A stretch of 54,291 nt of DNA, counting the filler, from Jimgerdemannia flammicorona (taxonomy: Eukaryota): assembly GCA_003990765.1 (NCBI GenBank). It is 3 parts of 3 records of this genome, joined end to end, with 100 filler letters (N's around TTAATTAATTAA, not from the genome) between each part and the next. Parts side by side here need not be neighbours in the genome. Positions count along the whole stretch, not along the records: positions 18,139 to 36,166 come from RBNJ01002324.1; positions 36,267 to 54,291 come from RBNJ01002325.1; 1 more part is not named here. One strand, given 5' to 3'. The position numbers and the translations under genes were made by a program. This document shows, piece by piece, positions 33,401 through 46,300 of the stretch; positions within the stretch are counted from its first letter, which is position 1, and each line of letters opens with the position of its first letter. The notes under the pieces were generated by a model, which worked only from the letters and a program-made list of their open reading frames with translations, had not been told where the DNA came from and ran no database searches.

Positions 33401-36166
33401 TGGATCATTGGAGAACTGTGGAGTAGAGGACTGGAGGATTCAGAGAATTTAGTGGGAGGTAGAAGAACTGAAGGGATTGCTTAGACAGGAGGAGAAATTG
33501 TAGGTGAAAGAGCTAGTAGCTTAGTTGAGGTAGCAGGGTATGGAGAAGTGAGAGTAGCCTACTAAATTCCTGTCAAGACTGCTATAGGCAAGGAGGATGA
33601 GGCAGCAGTGAGAGAGAGTATTAGATGAGATAGAAGAGATGATAACTGGGACACTGGGGATCTTGGGCCTACTGTGGTCTTGCTGGAGGCAGCTGTAGAG
33701 TGATGAGGAGGAGGAAGAAGATGCCCTAGGCATTGAAAGGTAGCTGGAGAATTGGCACCCAGATCTGGCTATGGGCCTGGGTAAACTTGAAGTCCTGGTG
33801 TGTGGAGAGGAGGTGTGTTGGGTCTTAGTGATGATGAATTTGGAGACAGCCCCTGGAGAGGATGGGCTGCCTTGGGATTTTTAGAAAAAGATGGCTAGTA
33901 TTGAGGTTATATTAGAGGAGATAGTGTGGATGTATGATGAGGTCATCTGCTCAGAGTCCTGGATTGGAGAACAGTGCCTGGGACTTGTAGTTCTATTGTA
34001 CAAGAACAAGGAAAGAAGAGAGGATTGGAAGAACTGGAGGCTAATTATGCTTCTGAATATAGATTGCAAATTGGTGACAAAGATCTTGGTGGCCAGACTG
34101 CAAGGGGTGACTCAACAGGTGCTAGGAGCTGAGCAGAGAGACTTTGTCAAGAGTTAGTTGATTTAAAATAGAATGGTATGGGTCCATGGTGTTATTGAGG
34201 GTACTTGTACTGCCAGGGTTGATGGTTGACTAGTTTTTCTAGATCAAGAGAAGACATATGACAGGGTTTGGTATATGTAGCTAGAGGGAGTATTGAAGTA
34301 AATGGGGGTTCCCTCAGGGTTTAGAAGATCATTGATTTGTCTATTGGAGGAGAGTCAGATAGCTATTATGGTGAATGGGTATAGGGGAGAGTCCTTTTCC
34401 CTGGGCAGAGGAGTACTGCAAGGGAATCCACTGTCACTAATTCTCTATATCCTCTTATTGGAGCCCTTGCTGGATAGGATTCAGTACAGAGTTAGGGGTT
34501 TGAATATTTTAGAAGTAAACTGAAAGATTGGGACCTTTGCTAATAATATAGTAGTTAGGCTAGACTCCGTAGAGGATGTGGTGGTGCTGAAGAATATAGT
34601 AGAATAGTATGAGGCATGTTCAGAGGCTAGGCTCAATTGGTACAAGTACAAGACTCTGGCCCTAGATAGAGGGATAGTTAGAGGAGATATAATCAGAATA
34701 GTGGTCCTAGCTAGTGAAGTGGTCTGCTACTTGGAGATCTATTTTTCAGTATATAGTTCTTTGCTGTCTTATGGTTGATGGGAGCAGTGGCTACTAGCTT
34801 GGGGGAATGTTCTCTTAGAGTGGAGAGGCTGATATATCTCTCTGATAGGGAGAGTGATGGTACTAAATATGTACTGGCTGCTGAAGTTGTAGTATATTGG
34901 GTATTACTTGAACTTTCCAGCATAGGTGGTCAAGAGACTGTTGAAGATGACTAGGTCATAGATTTGGACAGGGCAATGGAGCCAGATCAGCTGAAAGATA
35001 TTGACATTGTCTATAGACAGAGGTGGGCTAGATCTAGTGGACTTCACCAAGCATCTGTACTATCTGAGGGTATAGTGGCTAAAGTGAGCAAGCAAATTAC
35101 AAGGTCAAGAGTAGATACCTCTTATGCAGAGGGTGTGGGAAGTTCAGTGCTCCCCCCAAGATACAACTGGAGACCTGCTCTCTCTAGTGGCTCTCAAAGA
35201 TAGTCAGAAGATATGCTATAGAGGATTCTGGTAGAGAGTGGTGGATGGTGTCCACTACATTAGTCTCAGATAGAGGGGGAATAAGGGAGAGGAGAATTAA
35301 GGACTGCAGATATAGATATAGGACTGTCTACTGTTAGGAGGTATACTGGTGGAGAATTTTCAGCTAGAAGATAGTACAGAATATCTATGGAAGTATGGGA
35401 GGGATTTGTGGTCAGAGGTGTGGCAGGGGGTAGAGATTAGTGAGAAGTAGAACTGGAATAATATCTAGTCTTGGTGCAAGCAGGTGGTAAGGTGGCTCTC
35501 TCTCAAGTTCTGAGTAGTGTGATGGTGGATGCTGAGGTGCAATATGATGCTGAACTATCAGTCAGGACACTTAGTGGAAGGGGGTAATTTGAAGTATGAG
35601 GAGTATCTGGATGTTGAGCAGGTGGGAGATATAGTACAGATCCCTGAGTATTAGATTGGAAAGTATGAGGTTCTGGGAGATTTCTGGGGAGCTATCAAGA
35701 ACTAGCTGGAGTTGTAATCTTTGAGAGGAGGGGAGGGTAGGAGGTAGAATAATCTCTGGCATAGGTTGGTGGGAGGAGTTGAAGATGAGTAGTTGACTTT
35801 AAGGTGGGCTCTGGCTGTTTGAGTTGGGCTTGCCAGACATTGGCTCTATATATTTGAAGATGGTCAATAATTAGTAATTGGGGTGAGGGTTACATAATAA
35901 GAGTGACTGCTACTGAATGTCTTGAATGGTTGGTGGCAGGGGTGGAGACTGGAAGGAAGTATCCATAGGAAGCTTGTGGAATGTATTTACAAGAAGAGTA
36001 GGGGGAGAGTTGGAGTCTTTGAGGAGTTGGTAACTCTCTAGAGAGGTAGAGAGGATGGGAGAAAGAGGGGTCTATATAGAATTGGGTGAAGGGTGGGCCT
36101 GTTTCTTATATTAATATAATATAGATTGGATGATAATTAGTAATAAAAGTGAGAAGAAAGAGAAAA
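30481..36166 (+). mobile_element. L1/Tx1-type LINE, near full length, decayed: ORF1 ~30556-32431, ORF2 from 32434
   Basis: APE endonuclease motifs SLNINRL, DLFLLQD, DNFN, SQIDW and SDH. RT motifs APGEDG, NWRLIMLLNIDCK, LDQEKTYDRV, QGNPLS and FANN (decayed FADD). The 3' end is A-rich with AATAAA. Confidence 0.9.
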
Positions 36167-36266
36167 NNNNNNNNNNNNNNNNNNNNNNNNNNNNNNNNNN
36201 NNNNNNNNNNTTAATTAATTAANNNNNNNNNNNNNNNNNNNNNNNNNNNNNNNNNNNNNNNNNNNN
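36167..36266. other. Artificial contig linker
   Basis: 44 N, TTAATTAATTAA, 44 N. Confidence 0.98.
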
Positions 36267-36938
36267 AAAAAAAAAAAAAAAATACAGGCAAATTTGCTTG
36301 CAAATTTGAACAATCTAAGGGATATAAGAGGGTTGCTTTTTAGGGTAACCATTATATAGTTCTGGAAGGGTTTTCTGGAAGTTCTGGATATTCTGGAAGA
36401 CTGTTTTCTTATGGTCAAGATCAATTTCATATGGAGTATATCCTCTACACTTATTGATTTTAAGATTGTATTAACATCTCAACTAAAGTCCTTTTTCAGA
36501 CTAGTTCTAGATATTTAGGATTTTCCATATTTCAGGAAGTTCAAGAAACTAAGACCAGCTTAGTTGAATTGGCATATTGCTGCAGACAATACCAAATTAG
36601 GAAATTTCATGATGGGGTTAGGAGTGGAATCTAACAGGGAGCAGAATTACTTAAGAGTAGTTTGTGGGTTATTAAATAGGTTTATTTGCTATTCATGATA
36701 TTGCTATACTAGGAGTAGTTTGTGTTAAGGGATATTGTGGGGAAGTGCTCAGGAGTTGTGTTTGGATTATTCAGATCTGAGATTCTGAGGTCTGGGGAAG
36801 GGAGTATTTATACTAGTGAGGAGTTATCTGGACTATGCTAAATATGGGTATAGCACTAAGTATCTTACTGAGTTGGAATGCAGTCACATTGTACAAGATT
36901 AATCTAACTATACTATGACTGCTAAGCTATTTATAGGC

Positions 36939-38036
36939 TTAGATACTGTCTGGGTAGTCTTTGATGACATCACCATCAATGACATCATCTCTGATAAAGT
37001 AGTTATCTAGAAAAAGTGATTCACAGATTACTTCTCCTTGTTTACTAAGATAGTAATACATTAAGACTTTGTTACTGTCCCACAGGATTACATCGTCTGT
37101 CTTGTATGCTGGATAAGGTGTTGGTGGGTGAAGGAGGGGTATATTGTCTTTGCTTTCATCAGATTCACTATCTGTATATCTTCTATAAGTTATAGTACTA
37201 TGAGTTACAGAGTTGTAGTAAGCTAGTGGCTGTGGTTCATGTCACTCATACTTGGGTGGTAGAGTGGTTGGTTCAATCTCGAGAGTTGTCTAAAGGTACA
37301 GATTGTGTTCTCTGATCTCTTCATTATAGTTGAAGTAATCAGGAGTAAATGCAAGTTGGTATTCATGCCAGTGATCATTGTCTCAGTAGATTTCATAGGT
37401 GGTTATGAACTGTTGTAAGTTTATTAGTAAGGTTAGTAGTGTGATCAGGGTTGGTAGAGATCCTTGGCTCAAGGTCATGTCAGCATCAGAGAGATTATTG
37501 TCTTCTGCTTCATCTTCATCGAATCAGATTATATTGTAGATGTCCTTCATAGCATATCCAACTTGAGGTATTTGCAGAATATAGTTGTCAGGGTGCAAGA
37601 AGATTCTGTCTGTGGTTTCAATATACTCAAGGTACTTGTGGTTGAGTTCTTGTATCATATCATCAATTTGACCATAGGACAGAGTAGCAATCATTTCGCT
37701 GGTAGTAACTTGGAGACAGGAAATAAAGGTACTGTACTTATAAAAGAGTTTTTAATATTTACAGGTGATGAGTTTCTAGTGTTAGGACATCTGGGTGATA
37801 TTTGTATCATGATAGTATTCAACTATATCTTCTAGAAGGTGGCTGATCTGATAGTAGCTTGAGATTTGTCCAATCCAGTAGGCCTTATTAAGTATGTTCA
37901 GAGCATTTCATCAGGCTTCCACAAAGTAGAGGGGTGCTAAGTTATAGATATTCATAAAGGGCAGAGGGGGTGTGGCTCAGTTGACAATGGTATTCTAAAT
38001 GTCAGTACAGATGTGGTTGTAGATCTTGGTGGGCAT
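36939..38036 (-). pseudogene. Decayed family B LTR ORF in the 3' LTR
   Basis: Same length (1098 nt) as, and colinear with, 12766-13863. Stops are transition-derived. Confidence 0.85.
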
Positions 38037-38377
38037 ATTTGTATGTTTGGAAGTTGTGGTTGTTGTTTGTTTTGGTTTTCTATTTTGATGTGTCTCAGTG
38101 CTTGGTATATCCCTTAACCCATAATGTAGGCAAATTTGCCTGCAAAAATATTTGGCATAAAATATCTCACTCTACACTATATATATTTATAAGATAAACA
38201 TATATACTGTAATTCCAACATAATCAAATATGTATGTCAGTAAAAGTTTGGAGCCAAACACACTACAATTGACATTAGTCAAGCAGTCATTGTCAACACT
38301 ATTGTTCTGGCTGCAGGCAAATTTAAATCACATAATTTAAGGACTATAATTGGTCATGATATCTATGTTGCGTCATG

Positions 38378-38607
38378 CTCCTTGTCTCATGTTAATTGGA
38401 TAAAGATACTCCTGTCACATATGCTCCTGTCGTATATTAATTAGATAAAGATTACTCCTGTCGCATGTTAATTGGATAGAGATTGCTTCTGTCACATGTT
38501 AATTGGATAGAGATTGCTCCTGTCGTGTGTTAATTGGATAGAGATTGCTCTTGTCATGTGTTAAATTGGATAGAGATTGCTTTTGTCGTGTGTTAATTGG
38601 ATAGAGA
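38378..38607. repeat. ~32-bp tandem repeat, about 7 copies
   Basis: Unit is approximately CTCCTGTCGCATGTTAATTGGATAGAGATTG. Confidence 0.9.
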
Positions 38608-39019
38608 TATAATAAATACTCTATTACTCTTCTTCTGTACTTTTTATGTGTTTTTCTACTCTACATTACACATTCCCTATGTCTCGTGAAGGAAGTCCAA
38701 AAGCAACTGATGCTCAGGGTACTGATGCCCTGGGCCAGGACATTGATTTAAATACTTTCCTATACACTGTTTGCTTGCACCTCACACGTCAACAGGAGGG
38801 CCTTATGCATCAACAGGAGGAGAATACTAGAATTTTATCTATTTTGTCAGCAGGTACACATTTCTCATTACTTTGCGCTAACCTTCAGATTCTGTTTAAG
38901 CTAATAAGAGATCTTATTACCTCTGTAATCTCCACAAGCTCTATCACCAACTCAGCCAAATACTCCACCAACTCTACCTCAAACACCACAAATGCTACAA
39001 ACACCACAAGCACAATTAC

Positions 39020-39192
39020 TACAAACACCACCAGTTCAGCTGCAAGATCTGCTGCAAACACCACCAGTTTAGCTGCAAGATCTACCACAAACACCACCAG
39101 TTCAGCTGCAAGATCCGCCACAAATATCACCAGCTCAGCTGCGAGATCCACCACAAACACCACCAGCTTGGCTGCGAGATCTGCCACAAACA
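39020..39192. repeat. 33-bp tandem repeat, about 5 copies
   Basis: Unit is approximately ACAAACACCACCAGTTCAGCTGCAAGATCTGCC. Confidence 0.9.
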
Positions 39193-39479
39193 CGAAGCTG
39201 GCGATGCTCTTTGGAGGCACTCTCAGAGATACCTGTTCTTCGGATATAGTCCTTTTCACCTTCACCATGTCCTCCAACATAGCAACTTTTGCCTTCACCA
39301 AATACTAATGCTGCCGCCATATTACAACTCTGCCAAAATTACAATCATGTCAATAGGAATGGTAATATTGTGAATACTCAAGGTTGTTTACATGATCCCT
39401 GTCTATTTCACCATATATGTGCCTCATGCCATAGTCCAGACCATGGCTATTATAACTATCCAAATTGACAGCAGTGAAG

Positions 39480-40335
39480 TATCGGACTAGTGAAGGGTGT
39501 CAGACGGTGAAGAGCATCAGATGGTGAAGAGCATCAGATGGTGAAGAGCATCGGACAGTGAAGAGCATCGGATGGTGAAGAGCGTCGGATGGTGAAGAGC
39601 GTCAGACGGTGAAGAGTGTTGGATGGTGAAGAGCATCAGATGGTGAAGAGTGTCAGATGGTGAAGAGTGTCAGATGGTGAAGAGCATCGGATGGTAAAGA
39701 GCATCGGACAGTTATATGAGAGGAGAGATCCTGTTTAGGTATGTGTGAACTTGCATGAGAAATGGTGAAATATCTGTGGGATATATTTGATCTATCTAAT
39801 CTAATAGTTCATTTTCCTTTGCTTTATGAACGGTACCTGGATGGTGAAGAGCATTGGATGGTGAAGAGCATTGGACAGTGAAGAGCATTGGATGGTGAAG
39901 AGCATCAGATGGTGAAGAGCATCGGATGGTGAAGAGCATCAGATGGTAAAGAGCATTGGACAGTTATATGAGAGGAGAGATCCTGTTTAGGTATGTGTGA
40001 ACTTGGCACAAGAAATGGCAAAACATCTGTGAGATATATTTGATGATTTATCTAATCTAATAGTTCATTTTCCTTTGCTTTATGAATAGTACCCAGATGG
40101 TGAAGAGCGTCAGACAGTGAAGAGTGGTCAGACAGTGAAGATCATCAGACAGTTCAGACTTGTGAAGAGTGCCAGACAGTTCAGACTTGTGAAGAGTACA
40201 GGACAGTTCAGACTTATGATGAGCATTGGACAGTTCAGACTCATCTATGGGTATCTGGCTCCTCATGTTCTATAAGTATCTGACTCTTCGCATTCCATAG
40301 GTATCTGACTCCTCATATTCCACAGGTATCTGGCT
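39480..40335. repeat. Compound minisatellite: 19-bp arrays, a duplicated ~130-bp spacer, and 27-bp and 26-bp units
   Basis: GATGGTGAAGAGCATC(A/G)G arrays at ~39480-39710, 39838-39962 and 40095-40150. GACAGTTCAGACTTGTGAAGAGT units at 40148-40240 and GGTATCTGACTCCTCA units at 40250-40335. Confidence 0.9.
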
Positions 40336-42149
40336 CTTGACATTGACATTACTCAGTCTCCTCAGACACTCCTTCTATTGCTCTTATATCTTAGGCAATA
40401 TACATTATGACCCCTGTATATAGAATATACATAATCTATAATTGTAATTGAATAGTATAAGAAATCAAATAACAATTCTGCACTGGAAAAGTGGGGTGAA
40501 TGGTTACATTTTCGCTTATTATACATAGATTGATGACGTCATACATATTTGCCTGCATGTGACTATGGGTTAAGAGATATATATTTGGTCCTGATTAGTA
40601 AGATTCTGTTTGTATAAGTCTTATGTTCTATGACTTCATATTGACTCAGCTTTGTGCTCTGTGACTTCAGTTTGACTTAGCTTTGTGATCAAGCAGATGA
40701 TTTCCAGATTTGTTCAGAGGTCATGTGTGATTTTGGTGGCTTGTTCAGAGGGTGATGTGTGATTTCTATAGCTTGGAGGTTGTACACTTACAACTCTCCT
40801 CTTCTTAGCTTTCAATATCCTCATTGGGACCTTCTAATTTTGTTCTAGTGTTGTTATGCCATTTGGGAGATCAAAAGTCTGATAAAGTCCATTTTTTCAG
40901 AAAGTGATATGCTCATAGTACAGTTGTCTAACATGTTGGATTCATATATTAAAGGGTTGTATATTCAATGCTGTGTGCCAGAAGTGATTCTGATGTCATT
41001 CACTGCTGGAGAATTTCCTCTAAGGAATCTTCTTAAATGTCTACATCTCATTTCCCACTAGTGGTACAGAAAGAATAGACTAGCTTTCAGTTTTGCTATT
41101 TGTTTCCAGAGAGTCAGTATTCTTTTATCTTGACTTACTGAGTTCTTGATTTCATTCATAATAATTATAATGTTTGGAGAGATAATATATAGTATGTACT
41201 AATAGTGCAGGAGTGTTTGGGTTTTAGTTGTTCAAGGAATCATATTCCTGAACTAAGTCAGTAGCATTCTGGAGATTGGTCTTGGGTTCCCATATTACAT
41301 TATAGATTGGATAACCTTTCTATTTAACAAGGTACTCAGGGTGGTTCTTGTGGCCACGTTTGTTGAAGATTTGTTCAACTTCGTACTCTTCTTGGTTATT
41401 AATAATGATAGGTATAGGTGGTTTGATGGTTTGGTTCGAGAATAGCTTATCATCATTTTCATTATATTGCTTGAGATGAAGACTGGGTGAATCTTAATAG
41501 TGTCTGGTAGTGCCAATTTGTAGGAAGTAGGAGAGACTTGTGCAATGACTTCAAATGGTCCAATAAACTTGCTATTCAGCTTTGTAAATAGTCTGTGCTT
41601 GAGGTTGTCAACTTGGTATCCTCAGATGTCTAGTAGAACTTTTTCTCTAATATTAAAGGTTTCTTCTCAGCAGTATTGGTTAATATACTACAACTGTTGT
41701 TCTTGAGCTTGTGATAAATTCTCAATGGCAATCTGGCTTAGATTGCACATTCAGAACAGAAATTCTTCAACAGCTTTGACTGTAGAGAATTCATCAGTAG
41801 TTCAGATAAGTGTCAGAGGAGTGTTTGGATTTTGTCCAGTATTAGCAAAGAATGGGGTCATTCCAAGGGAGGCTTGTTTGCTATTATTATAGGTAAACTC
41901 GACTGTGGTGAGGTGTTTATGCCAATCATCTTGTCTGTAGAAGACATAGTTTCTTAGCATTTATTCCAGAGTTTGGTTCATTCTTTTGGTTTGACCATCA
42001 GTTTCTGGATAAAAGGCTGTGGATAGTACAAGTTTTGTCCCAAGGTATGCATGGAGGGCTTTCTAAAAATGGCTGGTGAATTTCAGGTCTTGGTCACTAA
42101 TAATGACTTAGGAAGACCATAATAGCAGAAGATATTGTCAAACAAGAGT

Positions 42150-43320
42150 AGTAGAGGCTCCTTTCTCTGCTACCTTATTAGTCACAAGGTTTGGTAGGCA
42201 ACCTTCCAAGTTTCCTTTCCCCTATTATTACCCCTTCTACCTTGAATTGGTTTGCTGTGCCTGCAGGGGTATGGTGGGAGGAGGGCAATGGTGATGAGTT
42301 GCCCCTTTATTGGTGTCGGATCGGTGCTTCCTCCACTTTTTCATGGATTCTGGTACCTTCAGCTATATCTGGGGTATACCCATTTTGGTGCAGTGCCTTC
42401 TTCCTTTTGCCATTGCCAACAAGGAGTTATCTTGGTATGTCTTAGGCTACATAGGGAGTCAGCTGACCTTGGGCATCAAGTGCTCAGTATAAGTTACCTG
42501 CAGGTCCTCAGTACCTGTGATAGGGCCCTCTGGCTTTGGCGAGCTTCCTGGTGAGTACAGTTCTGGCATAGGTGACTGTTTTTCGGGTGTTGTCAGGATA
42601 GGAGGAGAGATGGCTGTCACAGATAGGAGGAAGGGCAATAATGGTGAATCAGTAGGGTGCCAGACTGAGAGCAGTCATCGGGGCTGAGGCAGGTACTGCT
42701 TCAGTGGGGCCTTTGATTGGTGCAGTATGATTAGGTGGTAGGTATCACTCTTGGCTTCTTTTGGCAGTCAGCAGGGTTGGGCCCCAGTCATCAGGGGGGA
42801 TCGGGGGGCCCAAGACTACTCATTTCAGACATCTTGACTGCACTCAACTAGAACTGGGAGCTGACATAACAACATGATTGAGGCTCACAGGTTTGAGTAG
42901 TGGAGTATTGGGGGTTTCCTCCCACCTCATATATAAGTCCTTTACTTACCTTGACTGGGAGAACCAGGCTCTACCCACTATGTTATGCTTTAATAGGGGT
43001 TTATTCTTTGCCTGTCATTCTCTTTAGGGTGGTAGGAGCTATTCTATTTAGCTTAGGCATGGCCTTGTATATACATTGGGTTCTCAGGCATATGCTTTCA
43101 GTCATTGGCATATGATTGGGTTTCCCCTGGTGATAGGGAGAGATGGTGTACAGAATGAGGTGTGGGTCTATATCAGCCCTGCTGTACCTGGCATGGTTAA
43201 GCTACTGGACAATAGCAAGCCTAGGTTAATGGGAGAGCAGTGCTTGGTGGGTGGTGGGGGAGGGTTTTAGCCTATATAGTCTAGGTTCCCTTCCAATAAA
43301 AATCTGTGGAACATGAGTCC

Positions 43321-43364
<44 letters not shown>
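42150..43364 (+). mobile_element. Poly-A-tailed non-LTR insertion in the family B integrase
   Basis: 10-bp TSD AAACAAGAGT (42140-42149, 43365-43374), AATAAA at 43295 and poly-A from 43324. Removing it restores the integrase sequence DIATLLFDNIF..GLP. Confidence 0.85.
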
Positions 43365-43368
<4 letters not shown>

Positions 43369-46300
43369 AAGAGTGTAGCTATATCTGATGCTGTTGCAGT
43401 AGTAGTAGTTGACATAAAGTGGGCTTGTTTGCTGAGGTAGTCCACAAAGACAACAATTGCATCTTTCCCATTCTTAGTTCAGGGTAGTTGTATAATGAAG
43501 TCTATCCCAATTAGCAGATAGTACTGGAATAGGGTAGAGTAGGCCAGGTTTTACAAGTGTTGAGAACTTGTTCCATTGGTAGACATCATAGGAAGTGATG
43601 TAGGTTTTGAGCTAATCTGCCATATGGGGCCAATAGAAGTTTCAGGAGATAACTTTATAGCATTTGTCAAATCCTAAATATCCAGCTGTAGGGGCATCAT
43701 GACATTCAAATAGGATAGTCCTTTGGAGATCTCAGTTGTTTGGGACATACAGTCTGTCCTTATAGTAGATAGCATTGTCCTTGAGTTGGTATTGATGGTA
43801 TTGGGTAGGCTTGTCAGCATCATCACTATTCAGAATTTCTCGGAGTGCTTGAGCTTCTTTATCATCAGCATATACTGTAATAATTTGTTCTATGATAGAG
43901 TTTGTAATCAGGGTGAGAGTTTGGATAACTTCTTCAATTGGTGGTCTTGAGATTACATTGGCAACAATGTTTTCCTTGCTAGGGTGGTACTGGATTTCAT
44001 AGTCAAAGTTGGTGAGGACTTTCATCCATCTGGCTTGCTTTCGAGAAAGGGTAGCCTGGGTCTTGATGTTGACTAATAACTTGTAGTCAGTCAATACAGT
44101 AAAGTGTGCTCCTTCTAGATATGGTCGCCATTTGATCAGAGTATCTACAATAGCTAGTATTTCCTTCTCATGAGTTGCATAGTTGATTTCAGCATCATTG
44201 AACTTGCAGGAATGATAGGCCACAGGGTGTCCTTTTTGCATAAGCACTGCTCTAAGAGCTAGGTTAGAGGCATTGATAGTAACTTTATATGGTAGGGCAG
44301 AATTTGCTGCTTGAAGTACTGGAGTGGTTATCAGGGCATCTTTCAGTACTTGAAAGGCAGTATCTTGCTCAGGTCTCCAATTTATAAGATTGTTGAAGTC
44401 TTTTTTTTATTTCATGATCCAGAGCTGTTCTTCTTTCTTGCTATGCTTGGTCATTTGGGTAAGGGCAGTGGCGATTTTGGTGAAGTTGGTAACAAATCGC
44501 CTGTAATAGTTTGCTAATCCCAGGAATAACTATAGGTCCTTCAGCTTTTTGGGTTTGGGCCAATCTTTGATTACAGAGATTTTGCTAGAGTCTACTTTGA
44601 TTCTATTTGGCATGACAATATGTCCAAGGAACTGGATTTCTTTCAGGAGAAATTCACACTTGCTGAGTTTTGCAAAGAATCAGTTTTCTCAGAGTTTCAG
44701 TAGTACTAGTTCAAGGTATTCAAGATGTTCCTCCAGGGTTTTGCTGAAGACTAGGATGTCATCAATATAGACAATAACAAATTTGTCTAGGTATGGGTAC
44801 AGGATGGTATTCATCAGTGTCTAGAAGGTTGCTGGAGCATTAGTTAAGCCAAAAGGCATAACCAGGAACTCAAAGTATCCATAACAGGTTCAGAAGGCTG
44901 TTTTGTAGATGTCTTCTTCTTTTATGGCAATTTGCCAGTAACTATTTTGCAGATCAAAAGAGCTCATGAATTGCAGGTTAGTGAGTCTATTGAATATTTC
45001 ATCGATTCTCAGTAGTGGGCAACAGTTCTTGATGGTCTGTTCATTGAGATCACAGTAATCAATACACATTTGTAGGTCTTCTCCTTTCTTTACAATGAAG
45101 AGGACTGGTATACCATAGGGTAATACACTGGGTCTGATGAATCCTTATTCTAGGAGTTTATCAATTTCTTTCTTGAGTGTATCAATTTCTCTTGGTAATA
45201 TGTGGTAGATTGATTTGAAGACTGGCTTAGCATCTGGGATAGTCTTGATGGTATGGTCTACTGCTCATTTAAGAGGTAGGTCTTTTGGGAGCTTCTTTGG
45301 GAATATGTCTTGAAATTTCTAGAGTAGTAGTCTGACATGGCTGTCAACTTTGGAAAAGTCTTCTTCAGAGTTCTTGGGGTCTCCTTTGGATAGATGGATG
45401 GAGATTACAAAGAGAGGGCATTTCTTGGCCAATTTCTTAAGTTGTAGCTTGTTGATGTGGGTGATCTTTGGTCTAGGGTTACTAGAACTGAGTGGGTCTT
45501 TTTCATCTTACAGTTTGAAGTTATGGCATTCTTTCTTGATGGTCAGAGAATGGTTTACCCAATCGATCATGAGGTTCTCTTGTTTCAACCATGGAGTTCT
45601 AAGGATGATTTTGTTATCAGGAAGTGGTACAATCTAGAGGATAATATGTACTTGGTAGTTACCAATTTGGAAGGATAGATTGCGAACTTCTTTACTAATG
45701 ACATATGAGGTTCTATCAGCTGTGGTAACTGCTTGAGTTTGTTGTACCAGAGAGATAAAGACCTTGAGTCTGTTGGCTGTCTCTTCATTGATGAAGTTGC
45801 TCAAGATACTGCTGTCTATTATAATCTTAACAGGTGCTCAATTGACAAAAGCTTGAAGTGTAAGCAGTTTGTCTAATCCAATGGTGGTGATTTTGGTTGT
45901 AGGAGCTTTCCTTCTGTTGGTTCTTCTTTGAGCCAGTTCATTGATACAAGAGAAGCAATCATCAATCATTCAGGAAGAGTACATTCTAATGCTATGGAGA
46001 CATCAGCTACTTGGTATATATCCATCTTCGATTTTCTTGTAGAATTGTTCTTTCTTGCTCATGGTAGGTTGGGCTGAGGCCTTATTTGATGAGCCAAATC
46101 CTTTGAATCCTTGGATGGTGGGCAGTAGTTCAGGGACTTCCTTGACTGTCAGGGTTGACTCGATTTTCTCAAATAGAATCTGAGTAATGTAGAAATCAAT
46201 AGGGATCTTGAAGGGTGTCCAACTGTGGTTTTGGATAAGGACAATAATTTTGCCTGTATAATCTTTATCAATGACTCCTCCTTCTACTGAGAGTCCTTTT

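Larger units (their letters stand above)
38111..40576. mobile_element. Non-autonomous TIR DNA element with several internal minisatellites, inserted in the family B LTR
   Basis: Left end is CCCTTAACCCATA..TGTAGGCAAAT; the reverse complement of the right end is CTCTTAACCCATA...TGCAGGCAAAT. It is flanked by ATAT (38107-38110, 40577-40580), and the LTR sequence resumes exactly afterwards. Confidence 0.8.

Noticed and set aside
38646..39308. 220-aa Thr/Ser-rich ORF and the antisense 138-aa hydrophobic ORF (38885-39301)
   Set aside because: Both stay open because of the 33-bp repeat. The plus-strand ORF also reads through a probable intron.
39480..40335. Regular short repeats resembling a CRISPR array (also 38378-38607)
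   Set aside because: The units are head-to-tail with no unique spacers, there are no cas genes, and the context is eukaryotic. These are minisatellites.
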